From contig CP143273.1 of NCBI GenBank assembly GCA_051013385.1, positions 1,920,001 to 1,984,000 of the forward strand: DNA of 64,000 bases, given 5' to 3'. The notes beneath the pieces are model-generated. The model made no database searches. It had not been told where the DNA came from and saw only the letters and a list, made by a program, of their open reading frames with translations. Positions 60,262-64,000 of the stretch are shown in pieces. The DNA is from Phormidium sp. Its GTDB lineage: Bacteria; Cyanobacteriota; Cyanobacteriia; Cyanobacteriales; Aerosakkonemataceae. The translations under genes and the position numbers were made by a program. Position 1 is the stretch's first letter, and every line of letters begins with the position of its first letter.

Positions 60262-60957
60262 ATGGTCAACAAACAAATAAGAATTTCGGTGATTATTCCG
60301 GTATTAAATGAAGCTAAGGCAATTGAAAAAACTTTGCTTAATTTACAAAGTTACCCAGAGTTAGAAGTTATTGTTGTAGATGGGGGAAGCGAAGATCGAA
60401 CTGTTGCTATTGCGGAAAGTTTCGGTTACAAAGTTTTAACTTCGCCTCGTGGACGATCGATCCAAATGAATGCTGGTGCTACAATTGCAACCGGAAATAT
60501 TTTGTTATTTTTGCATGGTGATACAATTTTACCCGCTAATTTTGGGTCGATGATTTTGGCAGCAACACAAAAACCGGGAGTAGTTGGGGGTGCGTTTGAA
60601 TTGGCGATTGATGCTAAAGTTAAAGGGATTAGGTTAGTGGAAATGATGGTGAATTGGCGATCGCACTTTCTCTCCCTACCTTACGGCGATCAAGCTATCT
60701 TTGTCAAAGCCGAAATCTTCCATAAAATTGGCGGTTTTCCTATCCAACCAATTATGGAAGATTTTGTCTTGATTCGGCAATTAAGAAACATGGGAAAAAT
60801 TGCCATTATCACTACACCAGTTATCACATCAGGTCGCCGTTGGCAACAACTTGGTATAATAAAAACTACCCTGATTAATCAATTAATGATTGTGGGTTAT
60901 TACCTGGGAGTTCCCTCAGAAAAACTAGCAGCTTTTTATCGAAAAAAACGCAAATAA
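60262..60957 (+). CDS. TIGR04283 family GT2 glycosyltransferase
   Basis: IIPVLNE, VDGGS, LPYGDQ and TSGRRW motifs. Confidence 0.85.
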   Translation: MVNKQIRISVIIPVLNEAKAIEKTLLNLQSYPELEVIVVDGGSEDRTVAIAESFGYKVLTSPRGRSIQMNAGATIATGNILLFLHGDTILPANFGSMILAATQKPGVVGGAFELAIDAKVKGIRLVEMMVNWRSHFLSLPYGDQAIFVKAEIFHKIGGFPIQPIMEDFVLIRQLRNMGKIAIITTPVITSGRRWQQLGIIKTTLINQLMIVGYYLGVPSEKLAAFYRKKRK

Positions 60958-60965
60958 CCTTGATT

Positions 60966-61580
60966 TTACCAGCCTCTTAATTTCTGATGTACGCAAGCTA
61001 AATACCACATATAATCTTCTAACTGATAACCAACCGCTTTGACTATGTAATCTTGAGATTTTTTCTCATCTCCTTCTGCTTCGTAATACAAACCTAAATA
61101 AAGGTGACTGTAAAATTTACCTTTTTTGCCTTCAGTTTCCCCAGCAATTAATACATCTTCTTCTGTACTATTTCCGGCGAACAAATCATAAACGCAACCC
61201 ATTACTTTTCGCGGATCGTTCCGCACTTCTAATAAAGTATTTCTCGCTTCATAAACTCCACTAAATCTAGCAATACACAGATATCGCCACACCGTTTCTT
61301 CAACATCGTGAGAATTAACTGTTAAATCTATCTCAAATTGGTTAGCACCTTCGGCAAATTTTTCGGCATAATAGTAAGATAAACCACGTTGCCAAAGATA
61401 GGGCGTGAGAGTTGGTTCTAACTTCTCTGCTGTGTCAAAATCCTCAATAGATTCGGCAATTTTAGCCAGCTTAAAATTCGTCATTCCCCGCCGAATATAT
61501 GCCTGAGCATCTTGAGGATTTGTGCGAATCACGTTATTCCACCAAGAAAGTTGTGCTAGCAGTGAAATTTGGCTGTTCAT
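60966..61580 (-). CDS. TPR protein (NlpI-like)
   Basis: AYIRRG...YLWQRGLSYYY...LYLGLYYE. Confidence 0.8.
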   Translation of the reverse strand: MNSQISLLAQLSWWNNVIRTNPQDAQAYIRRGMTNFKLAKIAESIEDFDTAEKLEPTLTPYLWQRGLSYYYAEKFAEGANQFEIDLTVNSHDVEETVWRYLCIARFSGVYEARNTLLEVRNDPRKVMGCVYDLFAGNSTEEDVLIAGETEGKKGKFYSHLYLGLYYEAEGDEKKSQDYIVKAVGYQLEDYMWYLACVHQKLRGW

Positions 61581-61787
61581 GTAAATTAATATTAATCGTT
61601 ATAATGATTATAATTTAGGAGGTAATACTCAGATCTTGCACCAAAGCTAAAAACCGGGTTTCTCCCCCATAACTAAACCTGAAAGCCTAGATTTTCCGTG
61701 AAGAAACCCGGTTTTTCAAGTCTTGTCAGTAATAAGCTAATTGTAAACAGCCTGATGTCCTGAAATTTAAGATTGGAGGATTTAACA

Positions 61788-62126
61788 ATGAATTCACCTC
61801 AAGACGAAGCCGATGCTATAGACATTGAAGTAATTAACCTGAAACCTGAAACTGAGGTTGTTACACCAAAAGTTAGGGTTGAAGAGTTTAGCATTAGCGG
61901 TGATGCTTTAGTAAGTAAGATTAAGGAATTGATTCACGAAGGTAACATTCGTCGCATTACCATCAAAAATGAAGAAGGACAGATACTAATAGAAATTCCT
62001 CTAACTATTGGTGTTGTGGGAGGAGTAGTTGGGACAGCAATGTTCCCGATCGTAGCAGCAATTGGGGCAATTGGCGCATTAGTTGCTCATTTGACAATTG
62101 CGATCGAAAAAGTTGAAGGTTCTTAA
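61788..62126 (+). CDS. DUF4342 domain protein
   Basis: KIKELIHEGNIRRI...EIPLTIG motif. Confidence 0.8.
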   Translation: MNSPQDEADAIDIEVINLKPETEVVTPKVRVEEFSISGDALVSKIKELIHEGNIRRITIKNEEGQILIEIPLTIGVVGGVVGTAMFPIVAAIGAIGALVAHLTIAIEKVEGS

Positions 62127-62127
62127 G

Positions 62128-63999
62128 TTATTCGAGAATTGGCAATTGAACTGTGAATTGGGTGAGATTGTTATTGCTTTGGACAGTAATTATCCCGCCC
62201 ATCTTTTTAACCAGTTTTTTCACTAATGCTAGTCCTAAGCCAATACCGCTGTATTTCCAAGGATCGTTGTTGGGGATGCGGTAAAACTTTTTGAAGATGT
62301 GAGCAAGTTCTTCTGGTGCAATTTCGATACCTGTATTTGTAATGCTCAAATAGAAATGTTCTGCGTTTGTATAAGCAGAAATAGAGATTTTCTCACCTGA
62401 TGGAGTGTATTTGCAAGCGTTGTTGAGTAATTCGGTGAAGATGCGGCTAAAGCTACGGAGGTCAACTGTTAAGATAGGAAGATTGGGATCTATTTGCAGT
62501 TGGAGTGTTTGCTGTTGATTATGCGCCCGAATTTGAAAGCTTTCGCTCGCATGATGCAGCCAATCTTGTAAATTTATCGGAATAGGTTGAGTAGCATAAA
62601 CTCCAGCTTCGATTTGCTGAAGGTTAAGTAAGTCTTCTATTAAGTTTAGTTCCCGCTCAGACTCTTCGTGCAACACTTTCAGATAGTGCATTGCTTCGTT
62701 GTTTTGTGCTTCTAAATGAGCGGTATCTTGAATGAAAGTTTTTCCTTGATCGGTAAGCTCCATTAATAAGCCTGTTACCATGTGAATACTAGAAATTGGG
62801 GTACGCAGTTCGTGAGAAATCGTACTGAGAAAATCATCTTTGAGATGATTTAGTCGTTCGAGTTCCTTAACTTGAGATTGAGCAGCTTCATAAAGTCTTG
62901 CTTGTCGGAGAGCGATCTCACACTGATTAGCTACCTGTTGCACTAAATGAATTTCCATTTGACTAAAACAAGAATCAATAGATTTCAATACCCAGAGTTC
63001 GCCAATTACTTTTGGTTGTTCTAATTGTCCATCAAAAATTGGACAGACCAAAATTGCTGAATGATTGCGAATTGTACTAGCTTCAGTTTGACAAAAGGCG
63101 AAGCAATAACCTTGCTGTAATTGTTTATAGATCTCAATTGCATCTTGGACTTGAATTTCTTGCCCTTGACTTTCGGGTAGTCCGGGTGCAACATACTGAT
63201 AATGAATTTTAGAAGTTAGACGATCGGGACTATAGAGAGCAGCATTACAAGTTTCTGCTTTAGTTGCGATCGCTAATTCTTTGACAGCAATTTGGAGAAT
63301 TTGATGAGAATCAAGTGAATCTCGCACTTTATCAGAAATGCGTTTTAGTGTGGCTTCAAATTTGAGAGATTGCTGTAATTCTAAAGTCCGAATGTAGACT
63401 TGCCTTTCTAAAGTCGTATTGAAACTCTGAATCTCATGATAAAGTTCAGCTTGTTGAATTGCGATCGCAATTTGACCTGCCAGTTGCGTAAGTAAACTCA
63501 CTTCCGAACTCAGCCAAGTTCTAGGCGCAGAACAATGGTGAATAATCAGCAATCCCCAGAGTTTTTCATTAGCCAAAATTGGCACCACCAATTTAGCTTT
63601 CACTGCCCATTGTTCTACAAACTGTATTAAACAAGGAGCCATATCTATGTTTTTGGCATGGATATCATTAATAATGCCAATTCTGCCGTGATTATAAAGT
63701 TCATGATAGGGAAAGGGAAATACTTCTTCTGGGAAAGACATTCCTAAAATAGCTGGAAAACCTGCTACAACTGATTCCGCTACTACTTTTCCCGTGTTAT
63801 TAGCCAATATTTGATAGACTAATACGCGGTCGGCTTGCAGCAATTGTTGAATTGCAGAAACCGTTGAATTGAAAACAACTTCTTTATCGAGAGATTGTCT
63901 AATTTTGAGAATAACCTGACCCATTAACCGTTCTTGTTCGGCTTGAAACCGCAGCGTTTCCTCAGTTTGTTTTAGGTGTTGATTTTGAGTTAATAATTG
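62128..63999 (-). CDS. GAF-GAF histidine kinase with a cyanobacteriochrome GAF, 5' truncated by the window edge
   Basis: Frame is open to the window end. FPEEVFP...PCL bilin-binding GAF; SHELRTP; NACKY; GLGL. Confidence 0.85.
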   Translation of the reverse strand, partial: QLLTQNQHLKQTEETLRFQAEQERLMGQVILKIRQSLDKEVVFNSTVSAIQQLLQADRVLVYQILANNTGKVVAESVVAGFPAILGMSFPEEVFPFPYHELYNHGRIGIINDIHAKNIDMAPCLIQFVEQWAVKAKLVVPILANEKLWGLLIIHHCSAPRTWLSSEVSLLTQLAGQIAIAIQQAELYHEIQSFNTTLERQVYIRTLELQQSLKFEATLKRISDKVRDSLDSHQILQIAVKELAIATKAETCNAALYSPDRLTSKIHYQYVAPGLPESQGQEIQVQDAIEIYKQLQQGYCFAFCQTEASTIRNHSAILVCPIFDGQLEQPKVIGELWVLKSIDSCFSQMEIHLVQQVANQCEIALRQARLYEAAQSQVKELERLNHLKDDFLSTISHELRTPISSIHMVTGLLMELTDQGKTFIQDTAHLEAQNNEAMHYLKVLHEESERELNLIEDLLNLQQIEAGVYATQPIPINLQDWLHHASESFQIRAHNQQQTLQLQIDPNLPILTVDLRSFSRIFTELLNNACKYTPSGEKISISAYTNAEHFYLSITNTGIEIAPEELAHIFKKFYRIPNNDPWKYSGIGLGLALVKKLVKKMGGIITVQSNNNLTQFTVQLPILE

Positions 64000-64000
64000 C

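Overview
AT-rich chromosomal window from a filamentous cyanobacterium, inferred from very frequent HIP1 octamers (GCGATCGC), cyanobacterial short repeats and the gene content. Housekeeping genes (dapL, nadA, tRNA-Ser(UGA), a kaiC/kaiB paralog pair, an RcaC-like phosphorelay, a green/red cyanobacteriochrome kinase) alternate with accessory blocks. (1) 1-4.7 kb: a defence/TA block with a GmrSD-like nuclease, an Mrr-like nuclease and three module-shuffled antitoxin genes around one PIN toxin. (2) 18.9-21.5 kb: an ABC-ATPase/nuclease pair and a small insertion that replaced a gene's 3' end. (3) 24.5-44.8 kb: a ~20 kb thiohistidine-type biosynthetic cluster (egtD, OvoA-like sulfoxide synthase, two B12 radical SAM genes, a PLP enzyme-methyltransferase fusion, a MurL-like enzyme, a Cys-substituted PstS, porin, MscS, AraC, betaine-type ABC binder) that carries an IS605-family tnpB element and decayed duplicate pieces. 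(4) 45-46.2 kb: a stand-alone deaminase toxin with a candidate immunity gene. (5) 52.2-57.1 kb: an island beside tRNA-Ser containing type I RM debris, TA pairs and a ~940 aa protein that looks like a PD-(D/E)xK nuclease fused to a divergent beta sliding clamp. The clamp-nuclease fusion and the thiohistidine cluster are the best candidates for undescribed systems. All family calls come from motif recognition by eye; no database searches were run.
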